A stretch of 64,000 nucleotides of DNA from Bacteroidota bacterium (GCA_004295015.1 SHNE01000050.1:315-64314), one strand, 5' to 3'. Counted from the stretch's first letter, positions 20,844 to 31,992 are shown. The notes: a model not told the origin generated them from the letters alone. Numbers and translations are program-made.

Positions 20844-22253
20844 ATGACTCTATCGAGCTGCAGATTTTTTTTCCTGTTTGTATTCATATCCATAGACACC
20901 CGGATTTATGCAGATTGTTGGAATCAGACCGGGAATTTCGGAATTCCTATTTCCATACCTTTGAACAGCATTCCATTCTACAATTCAACATGGTTTTTAC
21001 TGTTGTCAATCTCACTTGTTGTTCTGATTAGTTTCCTGCTTTATCAGTCTGGAATGAAGAAGCTGACCGGTGAGAAGGAAGAAGAGGTCTCCAGACGAAG
21101 TACCCGATTAAAGGAACAGTTTCTGGCCAATATGAGTCATGAGTTCAGGACTCCCTTGAATGCTATTGTTGGCATGACTCGCTTGCTGAGCGATAACAAT
21201 CCAAAGCCGGATCAGATTAATTATTTGAATGCTATCAGCAAAAGTTCAGAAAATTTAATGGCTATCATCAATGATATTTTGGACATCACAAAAATTGAAG
21301 CAGGTCGAATACAATTATATTCCATTCCGTTTGAGATTAAGCCAATAATTCAAAGCCTGTACGATAATTTTATTTTAAAGGCTCAGGAGAAAAATATCAG
21401 GTACAAGGTATCGATTGATGAGAGTGTTCCCCCTGTTTTAGTTGGAGATCCATTAAGGCTCGTACAAATTTTATCCAACGTAATTAATAATGCCATTAAA
21501 TTTACAGATGAGGGTGTTGTTGAGTTGAATTGTACCACTCATGGATATTCGAAAAGCGATGGCAATAGTATCAGACTTTTCTTTAGCATAAAAGATACTG
21601 GTATTGGAATCGCGGCGAATAATATGGAAAGTGTATTTGATTCATTTAGTCAGGAAGTTAGTGATACAACCAGAAAGTTTGGAGGCGCCGGTTTGGGATT
21701 GAGTATTTCTAAAAAACTTGTTGAATTGTACCAAGGTAGCATTCATGTGGAAAGTAAATCAGGTGAGGGGTCTACTTTTACAATAGACCTACCTTTTCAA
21801 TTGTATGAAGGAAAAGAACTGAACAAAACTGAAATTCACAGCAATCCGGAATTGAGAAATGCAATAAAGGGGATTTCCGTATTACTTGTGGAAGATATAG
21901 AGTTTAACAGGATCGTTGCACTAGATACATTGACAACTGAAGTGGCCGATGTAAAAGTTGACATAGCTAAAAATGGTTTGGAGGCAGTAGCTCTTGCTTC
22001 AGAGAAAATGTACGACATAGTTTTAATGGACCTGCAAATGCCTGAACTGAATGGCTATGATGCCTCAAGACAAATCAGGTTATTGCCAAAGCCAAATTGT
22101 GATATGCCCATTATAGCAATGACTGCAAGCGCACTTGAAGATGAAATCTATCGTTGTTATGAAGCCGGAATGAATGATTTTATCACAAAACCTTTTGATA
22201 CAAATATCCTCTTCAGAAAGATTTTAAATCAAATTCAAAAAGAGAAAGTATAA
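20844..22253 (+). CDS. hybrid sensor histidine kinase / response regulator
   Basis: The HisKA H-box is FLANMSHEFRTPLNAI. The HATPase N/G boxes are NAIKFT and GGAGLGLSISK. The C-terminal receiver contains VLLVEDIEF...DIVLMDLQMPELNG...K. Confidence 0.9.
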   Translation: MTLSSCRFFFLFVFISIDTRIYADCWNQTGNFGIPISIPLNSIPFYNSTWFLLLSISLVVLISFLLYQSGMKKLTGEKEEEVSRRSTRLKEQFLANMSHEFRTPLNAIVGMTRLLSDNNPKPDQINYLNAISKSSENLMAIINDILDITKIEAGRIQLYSIPFEIKPIIQSLYDNFILKAQEKNIRYKVSIDESVPPVLVGDPLRLVQILSNVINNAIKFTDEGVVELNCTTHGYSKSDGNSIRLFFSIKDTGIGIAANNMESVFDSFSQEVSDTTRKFGGAGLGLSISKKLVELYQGSIHVESKSGEGSTFTIDLPFQLYEGKELNKTEIHSNPELRNAIKGISVLLVEDIEFNRIVALDTLTTEVADVKVDIAKNGLEAVALASEKMYDIVLMDLQMPELNGYDASRQIRLLPKPNCDMPIIAMTASALEDEIYRCYEAGMNDFITKPFDTNILFRKILNQIQKEKV

Positions 22254-22282
22254 AAAAAAAGGCCGGAAGTCCGGTCTTTTTC
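22252..22282. terminator. bidirectional terminator between the histidine kinase and DPP-III genes
   Basis: The sequence is aaaaaaaaaggccggaagtccggtcttttt. A short GC stem is flanked by A9 and T5 tracts, between convergent genes. Confidence 0.6.
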
Positions 22283-22292
22283 AGGTTCGGTA

Positions 22293-24356
22293 TCAGTTCT
22301 CAACCGGCAGATAAGAATATTTTTTCCCGTACTCGAGCATCTGTTCAATCAGGCTGGACGGGTATTCAATTTTAACATCTACAATTTTGTTTTCCTTCAT
22401 AATGGGAACAAGGCGAGGCTGAATGAATCCCATGTATGGAGCAATTTTTAAATTTTCGTAGCGTTTATGCACTTCTTGCAGAAGATTTTGATCTACTTTA
22501 ACGCCGTATGTTTCCACCAGATTTTTTCCGGCTTCAAAATCTCCTTCTGATTTAATTCGTTGTGTCTCACGTAATAGTTCCCCGAATAAGGCCCGCAGTT
22601 TTGTATAGTCATTTATAACAAAGTATGTTTTTCCTTCACGAACAACTTTCTCAATCACATTATCTTTTGCACCTTTTTCAAATGCCCATGAGGCAACCAT
22701 CTGACGGTTCCTCATGTGGGCCTGTTCAAGGTTGTCGCCTGGATTGATTCGCTGAAGTTGTGTCATCATGCCATTCATGATATAGTAATCATATTGGGCT
22801 TTCCCGGTTTCGAGGGAGGGCATGACTCCAATGTCAACAAGTTTCTGATCCAAACAGTAATACAATGCCACCAGATCAGCTCTTCCTTCTTCCAAAACGC
22901 CGGCATAGTTTTTCAATGTTTGATCAGTAGTTCCGACTCCTTTATTGATAATACCTGATGCATGGCCAATCACTTCATGCATATCGGTATGCAATTCATC
23001 TGAAAGTGCATAATATTTTTTAGACCGGTCTTTCACTTCCTGACTCGCGCCAAATTCTTCAATCATGGGACTTTTGGCACGGTAATAATTATATGCTTCC
23101 ACAATATTTCCGAGAGAAACTGATTTTGATCCATAATCTTCACCAATCCATTCGCTATTTGGAAGATTTATTCCAATTGGCGTAGCCGGGGCAGCATCCC
23201 CAACTTCTCCAATGACGGTGATTACTTTGGCAGTGATGCCGATAACATTCTTCTTTTTATGCTCTTCCATCAATGTTGAATTATCTTCAAACCATTGAGC
23301 TTCTTTTGATATTGTTTTAATACGTTTGGTTGCTTCAAGGTCTTTCAGGGAAACAATGCTTTCAAAACAACCTTTCTTTTGCAAGGCATCCTGGTAAACC
23401 TCAATAAACCCATTGACGAAGTCAATTCTGGCAGATGTATCTTTTACCCAAGCAATGTTGTACTCATCAAAGTCCTTTGGCTTTCCTGAACGATAAAAAT
23501 TTATCAGTTTTCCTATAGTATTTCGTTGAGCTTCATTCTTTGCAACACCTTGTGCTTTTTCGAGCCAGTAAACAATTTTAGTGATTGCAGGACCATACAT
23601 TCCATCAATTTTCCATACACGCTCTGAAATTTTTCCATCCATTTTGACCAGCTGGGAATTTAAGCCGATTTGTGATTTATCATCCGGATTTTTTGCTTTG
23701 AGTTCATTGTAATAGTCTTCTGCTTCTTTCTGTGTTACATCACGATAAAAATTATTGCTCGATGCGAGTATAACATCTTTCCCGTCGCTTAGATCTACGT
23801 TTTTTGGATCAACTGTTGGATCAAAAATGATGGGGCTTAATTTTTGCTTAAAGTTTGCAATACTCAAACCATTTAATGGTAATTGTGAAGGGTCACTATT
23901 CAGAACGAGGTTTGCAAAATATTCCTGATTGAAAGCCGGAAGCATTTTAGCACCAGAATAATGGTGATGTATTCCATTTGCAAAAAAGACCCGGTTACAG
24001 TACTCTTCAAATAGTTTCCATTCTGGGACGTGCTTATCACCGGTGTATGAATTGAGAATAGCCTCTAAGGTTTTTCGAATCAGCAGGCCGTGTCTGTACT
24101 TCTGATCATAAAAGATATCACGCCCGCAAAGTCCGGCTTCATACAAGTAGTAAGCCAGCTCTTTCTCATCGACTGAAAGGTCTTCAAAGCCGGGAACCTT
24201 GTACCGCAGGACTTGTATATCAGAAAACCTGTCTGCTATATAATTGAAATCTGAATCACTTGATGTCGTTTCGTTGTGTTCAGCTTTTTGTTTACATGCA
24301 GGTGATGTTAGCAGGAAACTTATTGAAAGGAGGATCAGAAAGTATTTCATTTGCAT
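22293..24356 (-). CDS. M49-family dipeptidyl-peptidase III lipoprotein
   Basis: 687-aa ORF with lipoprotein signal LLTSPAC. The zinc motifs are HEVIGHASG (HExxGH) and LEEGRADLVALYY (EExxAD). Confidence 0.85.
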   Translation of the reverse strand: MQMKYFLILLSISFLLTSPACKQKAEHNETTSSDSDFNYIADRFSDIQVLRYKVPGFEDLSVDEKELAYYLYEAGLCGRDIFYDQKYRHGLLIRKTLEAILNSYTGDKHVPEWKLFEEYCNRVFFANGIHHHYSGAKMLPAFNQEYFANLVLNSDPSQLPLNGLSIANFKQKLSPIIFDPTVDPKNVDLSDGKDVILASSNNFYRDVTQKEAEDYYNELKAKNPDDKSQIGLNSQLVKMDGKISERVWKIDGMYGPAITKIVYWLEKAQGVAKNEAQRNTIGKLINFYRSGKPKDFDEYNIAWVKDTSARIDFVNGFIEVYQDALQKKGCFESIVSLKDLEATKRIKTISKEAQWFEDNSTLMEEHKKKNVIGITAKVITVIGEVGDAAPATPIGINLPNSEWIGEDYGSKSVSLGNIVEAYNYYRAKSPMIEEFGASQEVKDRSKKYYALSDELHTDMHEVIGHASGIINKGVGTTDQTLKNYAGVLEEGRADLVALYYCLDQKLVDIGVMPSLETGKAQYDYYIMNGMMTQLQRINPGDNLEQAHMRNRQMVASWAFEKGAKDNVIEKVVREGKTYFVINDYTKLRALFGELLRETQRIKSEGDFEAGKNLVETYGVKVDQNLLQEVHKRYENLKIAPYMGFIQPRLVPIMKENKIVDVKIEYPSSLIEQMLEYGKKYSYLPVEN

Positions 24357-24407
24357 AAGATTTTTTTTATGGCTGTCTTTGTCTTGTCTGCTAAAACATA
24401 TGTCAAT

Positions 24408-25709
24408 TTAGTCCAGCTTATATTTTTCAAGGTATTTTTTATTTAGTTCCTTTTGTGCATTATCGAGATTTACAGTTCGTCCCGAAATAAATGCATGTGT
24501 TACATGATTTGTTCTCATGTCAAGTGCGTTTCCTTCAGAGATGAAAAGCGTGGCATCTTTGCCTTCTTCAAGAGTTCCAACCAAGGAATCGATACCAAGA
24601 ATACGAGCAGGTGATGAGGTGATGCTTGAAACAGCTTCCGCTTCAGTTAGCCCATAGGCCATTGCCGTGCCTGCCTGGAAGCATAAGTTTCGCACTTGCC
24701 ATGAACCGTCTGCACAAATGGCAAAGTCGACACCTGCAGTTTTAAGGAGGTAAGGAAGTTTATAGGAAATATCGATGTCTTCATCTTCACGCTGTGGAAG
24801 ATTGTGCGTCCCGTTTATAATTACTGAGATATTATTTTCTTTAAGTAAAGAGCTTACTCTCCATGCATCATTTGCCCCGACCAAAACCATTTTAATATTA
24901 TGTCTCTTTGCAAAATCAACAGCAGCTACAATTTCTTTGACAAAATTGCAATGAACATATAATTTGGTAGTGCCGTTGAAGAGTTTTCTCATAGATTCAA
25001 AACGCAAATTACTTTCAACATCTTTCGTGGACTTTAAATAGGCAGCAGCTTCATTAAAAAAAGTTTCGAGCGTCTCTAAATTTTCCTTCATATCCTTCCT
25101 GATTTTTTCTTCCCTTTCAGCGTTATCAAAGCGAGGGATGAACATTCGGGGCCAGTTTAAGTGCATCCCCATATCCAGAGCCACAGATGCGTCTTCCCAA
25201 TTCCAGGCATCTAAGTTAACCACCGACGACTGTCCGGAGATAAGTCCGCCCTGAGGAACTACTTCGGCCAGCAGAACCCCGTTACTCCGAACCGTTGGAA
25301 TGATTCGTGAATCTGTATTATAAGCAATTATGCTGCGCACATTCGGATTCAATTCGCCTACTTCATTCATGTCGCGGGTTGCGCGTATTAAATCAATTTC
25401 AACCAGTCCGATGGTTGTATTGAGTGAAATGAAGCCCGGGTAAATTTGCTTTCCGGTTCCATCAATTACCAGATCATATTTACGTTTGTCGATGCGAATC
25501 ATTGTTGCATCTGCCACCAAAGTGAGTTTCCCGTTTTCGAAGGCGATGGCAGAATTCTCAATAATTTTTCCATTACCGAGGTGAGCCTTTGCATTCATGA
25601 TGAGGACTGTTCCTTTTTGTTTTTCTCCCGGGGCCGGATTTTGGGCGTTCATCCCGATAGCAGAAAGACAAATTATAAATATCAGAGTAAATATTTTTGG
25701 GGTGTACAT
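24408..25709 (-). CDS. amidohydrolase-family protein (secreted)
   Basis: I chose the start at MYTPKIFTLIFIICLSAIGMNAQ (signal peptide); the track start at 25775 adds 22 residues and overlaps the upstream gene. The overall look is that of a metal-dependent amidohydrolase, and it is paired with the large amidohydrolase upstream. Confidence 0.75.
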   Translation of the reverse strand: MYTPKIFTLIFIICLSAIGMNAQNPAPGEKQKGTVLIMNAKAHLGNGKIIENSAIAFENGKLTLVADATMIRIDKRKYDLVIDGTGKQIYPGFISLNTTIGLVEIDLIRATRDMNEVGELNPNVRSIIAYNTDSRIIPTVRSNGVLLAEVVPQGGLISGQSSVVNLDAWNWEDASVALDMGMHLNWPRMFIPRFDNAEREEKIRKDMKENLETLETFFNEAAAYLKSTKDVESNLRFESMRKLFNGTTKLYVHCNFVKEIVAAVDFAKRHNIKMVLVGANDAWRVSSLLKENNISVIINGTHNLPQREDEDIDISYKLPYLLKTAGVDFAICADGSWQVRNLCFQAGTAMAYGLTEAEAVSSITSSPARILGIDSLVGTLEEGKDATLFISEGNALDMRTNHVTHAFISGRTVNLDNAQKELNKKYLEKYKLD

Positions 25710-25752
25710 GGTTGTGTATCTATATTGATTGAAAATAATGATGCCGTTTTGA

Positions 25753-28700
25753 TTAGTGAATTTCCTCATCATCACAGTGCTTTAGTATTATACGTTTTGA
25801 AGTTGGCTTTTTAGTTTCATCTCCTTTACTTTTTGCTTCGTTCATTCTGTTTGCAATTCGTGCTTTCTCTGCCGTATTTTCTTTCCTCATTTGTTCGTCT
25901 CTTACAGCATCATAGTATGAAATACCATCAACATAAGTTTGAAGAGGCCTGGCCAAAACAGAAAGAGGATTATCTGACCATAATACCAAATCAGCATCTT
26001 TACCGACTTTAATACTTCCAACCCGATCGTCTACATGTAACATTTTAGCAGGGTTAAGTGTCACAAATTTCCATGCATCTTCTTCTGATACGCCTCCATA
26101 CATTACAGCCTTAGCTGCTTCCTGATTCAGGCGGCGAGCCATTTCTGCATCATCTGAATTGTAAGAGACATTCAATCCCATTTTATGCATGATGGCACCA
26201 TTGTAAGGGCTGGCTTCATAAACTTCAAATTTATATCCCCACCAATCACTGAATGTTGATGCTCCACTAACCCCATGCAACTTCATTTTATCTGCAACTT
26301 TATAACCCTCCAGTATATGAGTAAAGGTGTTTACCTTAAATCCAAAGGAATCGGCAATATGCATTAACATATTTATTTCACTTTGTACATAACTGTGACA
26401 GGTAATAAATCTTTTGCTCTCAAGAATTTCTACCAAGGCGTCCAGCTCGATGTCTTTTCTGACCGGAACAAATCCACTTTTGTTTTTTGTTTTCAAGGTG
26501 GCGTTGAGCTTGTTCAGTTTTGCATATTCCGCAGCACGTGTAAAGTAGTCGGCATATACTTGTTCGACGCCCATTCTCGTTTGAGGGAAGCGGAGTACCT
26601 GCTTGTCGCCCCAGTGACTTTGTTTAACATTTTCTCCCAGAGCAAACTTAATGAAGCCCGGCCAGTTTTCGAATTTAAGTTTTTCCGCAGGCTGACCCCA
26701 TCGTAACTTTATCAGTTGTGTTTGTCCGCCTATTGCATTTGCACTTCCGTGTAAGAGATGTGAAGTGGTTACACCACCCGCAAGCTGCCGGTAAATATTA
26801 ATGTCGTCAGCATCTACAACATCACCTATTCTAACTTCGGCAGAGGACGATTGGGTTGCTTCATTCACGGAGTGGCTTACGGCGATGTGTGAATGCTCAT
26901 CAATGATTCCGCTCGTGAGGTGCTTTCCTGTTGCGTCAATTTCTATAGCACCTGCAGGGACTTTTAAATTTTTTCCAACTTCTTTAATTTTCCCTCCGGA
27001 AATTAATACGTCTGCATTTTTAATAATGCCGGCCGATTCATTGGTCCAGACTGTTGCGTTTTTAAAAAGCACCTCTTTTGGTACAGGTAATTTCGTCCAA
27101 CCGAAAGCCATATTAGGGAATAAGACATCTGCACGATGTAAAGAATCTTTAGCGGCTGAGTCTGACTTATGCACAATCCTTGCTGTTGAATCGAAGGATG
27201 CAGACCAGGTGCTCCAGTTTCCTCCGGGCATCAATACATCACCCGCAAGGACGATCGGATCGGATTTCATAATTGTTCCGGAGAGTCTGTATAAACCCAG
27301 CGGAGCTTTCTTTTTACTTTCGAAGGAGATGTTCCATAGTGTGGATATTCTTGTTCCCTGTGCTTTAACAGGAATGGTATCTTGATAGATCGTAAATTCA
27401 GGACTCATCAGTTCACCGGCAACTTTTAAGCGATATGATTTATCACCTTTAATATTGATGGTGTAATTTCCGCGAATATCCTGCATTCCGGGATCATTAA
27501 TTGTGTATCGTATTCCTTTAATCCAATTCTCATAAAGAACAGATTCCTTTTCAAAAATATTTCCAGAGCTGATGACGAAATTTGCGATCATCCCATTTTT
27601 AAGTGATCCGATTTTTTGTTCCTGATTCAGTAATTGTGCCGGAGTATAAGTGAGCGATTTTAAAGCTTGCTGTTCAGACAATCCGTTTGCAATTGCTTTT
27701 CTCAGATTCTTCCAGAAGTCTGTTTTATTTTTTAAGTCAGACAATGTCAATGCAAAGTTTATTCCATGCTCTTCAAGAATCGCCGGATTGTAAGGAGCCA
27801 ATTCCCAGTGTTTCATATCGTGCAAACTAATATTTAATGCATCATAGGGGTCACTCAGGTCATAAGCCTGCGGAAAATTCAGCGCAACGATTAAACTTTG
27901 TTGAAGCGCTTTTATTTCAGCGACTCTTTCGAATTCACTTCCATCGCCTTTTAAAATGTAGTTGATTCCAAATTCTTTTGCAATGGCGGCAGCACGAAAT
28001 TCGTTTTGCTTATCGCCGGCATCAAAAACTTGCGGGAGTATTTTTTGACTGTTTATTGCTTCGAGTGAAATATTATATTCCTTTAAGTATCCGCCATCCT
28101 GATACCATTTTGCATCATAGTAAGATTGTCGGATTAAAGCAATTGCACCCATGAGTGATCCGGGGTAATCTTGAGTGGATGATCCTTTATTGAAGGAAAG
28201 ATTGGCCGCTGCTTTTGCTTCAAGAATGAGTTCATTTTCCTTCTTATCAGCAAGTAATACGAAAGCCGAAGTTCCACGAAAAATTCCGTCTTTGTTAGTA
28301 CATAACACTGATCCAAATCCTAGTTTTCTGAGCTCTTCAGCTTTCTTCTCATCTGCGTTGAAGTTTTGACAGGCATTAAACTCAGGTCGAACAGCCTGGT
28401 TCCATCCGTATGCACCTTTTACAGATGACAGGAACTGTGGTGCTCCATCATCACGTTGAGGTTTTTTTATTTCACTCAAACCATAGTCAGAATAAATATC
28501 GATGAAGGATGGATATATGCTCTTCCCTTTGAGATCAAAAACTATTGCATCCTTTGGGCCAATCAGATTTTTTCCAATGTTTTGGATGATCCCATCACGG
28601 ATGATCATTGTTCCCGAATCAATGACTGTTTGATAGTCGGAAACAATACGTGCATTTTTAAAAACATAAGTAATATGTTTGGGGTCACTGGTTCCATTCA

Positions 28701-28776
28701 CAGGAAAGGTTTCCTGAGCTTTAATTCCTCCTATTGAGAAAAGGAGTAAGGCCAGGCAAGAATAAATTCGTATCAT
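25753..28776 (-). CDS. large amidohydrolase-family protein (secreted, two-module)
   Basis: 1007-aa ORF with signal peptide MIRIYSCLALLLFSIGGIKAQ. The amidohydrolase metal motif is GIIDEHSHIAV. The C-terminus reads VGKDADLVLW, a typical amidohydrolase ending. Confidence 0.8.
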   Translation of the reverse strand: MIRIYSCLALLLFSIGGIKAQETFPVNGTSDPKHITYVFKNARIVSDYQTVIDSGTMIIRDGIIQNIGKNLIGPKDAIVFDLKGKSIYPSFIDIYSDYGLSEIKKPQRDDGAPQFLSSVKGAYGWNQAVRPEFNACQNFNADEKKAEELRKLGFGSVLCTNKDGIFRGTSAFVLLADKKENELILEAKAAANLSFNKGSSTQDYPGSLMGAIALIRQSYYDAKWYQDGGYLKEYNISLEAINSQKILPQVFDAGDKQNEFRAAAIAKEFGINYILKGDGSEFERVAEIKALQQSLIVALNFPQAYDLSDPYDALNISLHDMKHWELAPYNPAILEEHGINFALTLSDLKNKTDFWKNLRKAIANGLSEQQALKSLTYTPAQLLNQEQKIGSLKNGMIANFVISSGNIFEKESVLYENWIKGIRYTINDPGMQDIRGNYTINIKGDKSYRLKVAGELMSPEFTIYQDTIPVKAQGTRISTLWNISFESKKKAPLGLYRLSGTIMKSDPIVLAGDVLMPGGNWSTWSASFDSTARIVHKSDSAAKDSLHRADVLFPNMAFGWTKLPVPKEVLFKNATVWTNESAGIIKNADVLISGGKIKEVGKNLKVPAGAIEIDATGKHLTSGIIDEHSHIAVSHSVNEATQSSSAEVRIGDVVDADDINIYRQLAGGVTTSHLLHGSANAIGGQTQLIKLRWGQPAEKLKFENWPGFIKFALGENVKQSHWGDKQVLRFPQTRMGVEQVYADYFTRAAEYAKLNKLNATLKTKNKSGFVPVRKDIELDALVEILESKRFITCHSYVQSEINMLMHIADSFGFKVNTFTHILEGYKVADKMKLHGVSGASTFSDWWGYKFEVYEASPYNGAIMHKMGLNVSYNSDDAEMARRLNQEAAKAVMYGGVSEEDAWKFVTLNPAKMLHVDDRVGSIKVGKDADLVLWSDNPLSVLARPLQTYVDGISYYDAVRDEQMRKENTAEKARIANRMNEAKSKGDETKKPTSKRIILKHCDDEEIH

Positions 28777-28935
28777 ATATTATTAATTTGAGGGACGAAT
28801 GTAACGAAATAGACTCTATTTAGCTGGTTAAATGATGTTAAGAGGAATAGACAAGACCTTCAGGAAACTTATTGCTTGCGTTTTTTTAGGCTTGGTCTTT
28901 GGATAATTCTGTCTATTTTTGCCACAAAACTACCC

Positions 28936-29574
28936 ATGGACTCTTCATTACTCGCCAAAATTCATATGATCTCGGTGCTGATATTTTTGGTCACGTACCT
29001 GATCAAGACAGTACTTTTGTTTACATCAAGTTCAAGTCTCGATAAGTATTCGAAAATCACAAAGGTGCCTGAAATGATTATCAGCACCTTATTTCTGGTT
29101 ACAGGTCTTTGGTTGTTTTACCTCTTAGGAGGAATAAAAGTCTTTCACATCATAAAGCTTGTTTGCGTATTCATAGCAATTCCTCTGGCTGTAATCGGAT
29201 TTAAAAAGCATAAGAAAGGCCTTGCCTTGATTTCTTTTGTTTTAATTGTCGGATCATATGGACTGGGAGAAATGAGCAAGAATAAACCATTTATACCTGC
29301 CAAAGTTATTGTTACAGGCGACACCGCTTCACCTCTTGCACAAGGAGGTATTCTATACCAGGCAAACTGTGCCTTTTGCCACGGACAAGATGGAGCTAAG
29401 CAGTATCGCGGAGCAACTGATTTGCGTACATCAGCATTAGACGGTACCCTTTTTCAGCAAATGGTGAAAGAAGGAAGCAAGGGCAAGATGCCTGCTTACA
29501 ATGGCGTTTTAACTGATTCAGAGATTGCAGCGATTGCCGGTTACGTTGGCAATCTCAGACAATCCGCAGAGTGA
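28936..29574 (+). CDS. membrane protein with C-terminal class I cytochrome c domain
   Basis: There are four predicted TM helices, followed by CAFCHGQDG...KMPAY (CxxCH plus a distal Met). I chose the ATG start at 28936 over the track's TTG at 28876. Confidence 0.6.
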   Translation: MDSSLLAKIHMISVLIFLVTYLIKTVLLFTSSSSLDKYSKITKVPEMIISTLFLVTGLWLFYLLGGIKVFHIIKLVCVFIAIPLAVIGFKKHKKGLALISFVLIVGSYGLGEMSKNKPFIPAKVIVTGDTASPLAQGGILYQANCAFCHGQDGAKQYRGATDLRTSALDGTLFQQMVKEGSKGKMPAYNGVLTDSEIAAIAGYVGNLRQSAE

Positions 29575-29738
29575 AATCAGGGCGGTTGACAGTTTAATCC
29601 TTGTTTGGTTTTATGCAGTTAAACTATCAGGCAGAATTGATCACTCCGAAGTTTTCTATTTTACCATAGTTTTTTATTTCAACAAGAGCGCAATATATTT
29701 TCAAGCCAATCATTCACGAGTAATTAATATTTCATCAC

Positions 29739-30929
29739 TTGTCAAAGGGACACTTCGTACACAAACAAAAAGTTGAAACAGCAGTCTTAATCGGTCTCAT
29801 TCATAAAACACAGAACGAGCGTCAGGCCGCTGAATATCTTGATGAACTAACTTTTCTTGCTGAGACCGCAGGAGCCACTGCAACTAAGCGATTCACGCAA
29901 AAACTGGATCATCCGGATTCCAAGACTTTCATTGGAACAGGAAAGTTGGATGAAATTCGTCGTTACATCAAGGAGAATAAAACAGATATAGCCATTTTTG
30001 ATGATGAGTTAAGTGGTTCCCAGATCCGGAATATTGAGAAAATCCTTGAATGCAGAGTTCTTGACAGAAATAATCTGATCCTGGATATTTTTGCCAATCG
30101 AGCCCGTACAGCACAGGCAAAGACACAGGTTGAATTGGCTCAATACCGTTACTTATTACCTCGTCTTACCCGCATGTGGACACACCTCGAGAAACAGCGT
30201 GGCGGAATTGGAATGCGTGGTCCCGGGGAATCTGAGATAGAAACAGACCGACGTGTTATTAAAGATAAGCTGAGTAAACTCAAAGCCAAGCTCAGAGAAA
30301 TTGAAAAGCAAAGTTTGACACAGCGTAAGCAGCGCGGTGAATTAATTCGTGTAGCGCTTGTAGGATATACGAATGTGGGTAAGTCTACTTTAATGAATCT
30401 GCTTTGCAAAAGTGATGTGTTCGCTGAGAATAAACTCTTCGCAACACTTGACACAACGGTGAGAAAACTTGTGTATGATAATGTTCCTTTTTTAATATCA
30501 GACACTGTTGGATTTATCAGGAAACTTCCTCACGATCTTATTGAATCTTTCAAGTCGACACTTGATGAAGTCCGGGAGGCAGATATACTTATTCATGTAG
30601 TAGATATTTCACACCCACAGTTTGAAGATCATGTAAATGTTGTAAAGCAAACACTTGCTGATTTGGGTGCAGCTGACAAGCCAACTATTTTGGTGTTTAA
30701 TAAGATTGATGCATATCATTATATACCAAAGGACGAAGATGACCTGACACCTGCAACAAGGGAGAACATGTCATTGGAAGATTTGAAAAAAACCTGGTTG
30801 GCAAAAATAAGTGGAACAGCCGTGTTTATCTCTGCCACGGAAAGAAGTAATATTGATGAATTGCGTGAACGTCTGTTGGCACATGTAAAATCACTTCATC
30901 AACAAAGATATCCGAATCAGGTGATATGA
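29739..30929 (+). CDS. hflX: GTPase HflX
   Basis: The ORF has the HflX N-terminal domain and G1 GYTNVGKST, G3 DTVGF and G4 NKID. The only in-frame start that keeps the conserved N-terminus is TTG. Confidence 0.9.
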   Translation: MSKGHFVHKQKVETAVLIGLIHKTQNERQAAEYLDELTFLAETAGATATKRFTQKLDHPDSKTFIGTGKLDEIRRYIKENKTDIAIFDDELSGSQIRNIEKILECRVLDRNNLILDIFANRARTAQAKTQVELAQYRYLLPRLTRMWTHLEKQRGGIGMRGPGESEIETDRRVIKDKLSKLKAKLREIEKQSLTQRKQRGELIRVALVGYTNVGKSTLMNLLCKSDVFAENKLFATLDTTVRKLVYDNVPFLISDTVGFIRKLPHDLIESFKSTLDEVREADILIHVVDISHPQFEDHVNVVKQTLADLGAADKPTILVFNKIDAYHYIPKDEDDLTPATRENMSLEDLKKTWLAKISGTAVFISATERSNIDELRERLLAHVKSLHQQRYPNQVI

Positions 30930-30957
30930 TTAATTAAAGAGAGTCTTAAGCATTTGA

Positions 30958-30992
30958 ATAAAAAAAACCTCCGTTGTGCGGAGGTTTTTTTA
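30958..30992. terminator. bidirectional Rho-independent terminator after hflX
   Basis: The sequence is aaaaaaaacctccg-ttgtg-cggaggttttttt. It also serves the convergent T9SS cargo gene. Confidence 0.8.
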
Positions 30993-31005
30993 TTTGCAGG
31001 TATTC

Positions 31006-31938
31006 TTATCTGTTGATGATAAAACCCGTTGAGTAAGCTTTTTTTGATCCATCCATCAGATGTAAACTATAATTTCCCGGTGCGAAATTTGAAACGTCAA
31101 GCCGGGTTTCATTTGGTTCGATCACATCTGAAAAAATGTGCTTTCCGCTGATGTCATAAATAGTATAGTGCAAATTCCTCGCTTGTTTTAAGTCTACCTT
31201 TATGGTCATAATGGATGATGCGGGTGAAGGATATAGTTTAACAGAATTAATGTTTGATGTAATATCATCGATTCCGACTACACCGGTAAATGATAAATCA
31301 TCCACATATAATGTAGTTCCCGGATTCCCGCTGGGTACATTTAACCTTGAAGTAAGAAGAAGAACAACCATGGTGTCGGGATTGTCCGTCCAGTTCATGT
31401 AATTAAAGTCAACAGAAAATGGAGAATAAGCAGTAGTTCCTGTTGCATCGTTAGTCGAAAACTCCCCAATGGCTATTGTATCTCTCATATTGGTAGTGCT
31501 ATTCCATTTCACCAGTGTGGCAATGACATGACAAGTATCTCCTCCAACCGGAGTAAAGATGTAAAAGCCATTCAGCTTTTGGTGTCTTACCGTATCAGGT
31601 GTTCCTTTAATAATAGACAATGTTGAAATATCAATATCTCCATTGGATGCAGCACCCGGAGCATTTGAATTTGGAAAAGGAGTTGGCCAACCAATCAGTT
31701 TAATTGCATAAGACCCGCCATGTACCAATGATGTTTCTTTGATAGCACTATGAACAATGCCGCCTGTAACGGCTAAACTGGCACTGTCTGTCGTTTTCCA
31801 TTGATCAGGAAGTTCATAGGCATAGGTCCCGCTTGTATTAGCTGTCCAATCTTCAAAACCGCCATTGGGTACTGTTTGAGCAGTAAGTAAGTTGGCTGAT
31901 AGAAACAGAGACAGACAAACTATAAATAATTTTTTCAT
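31006..31938 (-). CDS. T9SS C-terminal-domain secreted protein (PNxxFExW-family module)
   Basis: I chose the start at MKKLFIVCLSLFLSANLLTAQ. The mature N-terminus is TVPNGGFEDWT, and the C-terminal T9SS sorting domain reads KLYPSPASSIMTIKV...GNYSLHL. Two paralogues occur elsewhere in the window. Confidence 0.7.
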   Translation of the reverse strand: MKKLFIVCLSLFLSANLLTAQTVPNGGFEDWTANTSGTYAYELPDQWKTTDSASLAVTGGIVHSAIKETSLVHGGSYAIKLIGWPTPFPNSNAPGAASNGDIDISTLSIIKGTPDTVRHQKLNGFYIFTPVGGDTCHVIATLVKWNSTTNMRDTIAIGEFSTNDATGTTAYSPFSVDFNYMNWTDNPDTMVVLLLTSRLNVPSGNPGTTLYVDDLSFTGVVGIDDITSNINSVKLYPSPASSIMTIKVDLKQARNLHYTIYDISGKHIFSDVIEPNETRLDVSNFAPGNYSLHLMDGSKKAYSTGFIINR

Positions 31939-31992
31939 GTTGTGGGAATTAGATAGGGAGTCAAATGTATAAAAAAGTGCTGAATACCCATC

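Noticed and set aside
26801-27385. 194-aa plus-strand ORF inside the 1007-aa amidohydrolase gene
   Set aside because: It is antisense to a CDS with clear amidohydrolase motifs, and its Ser/Thr/Ala-rich translation has no motif.
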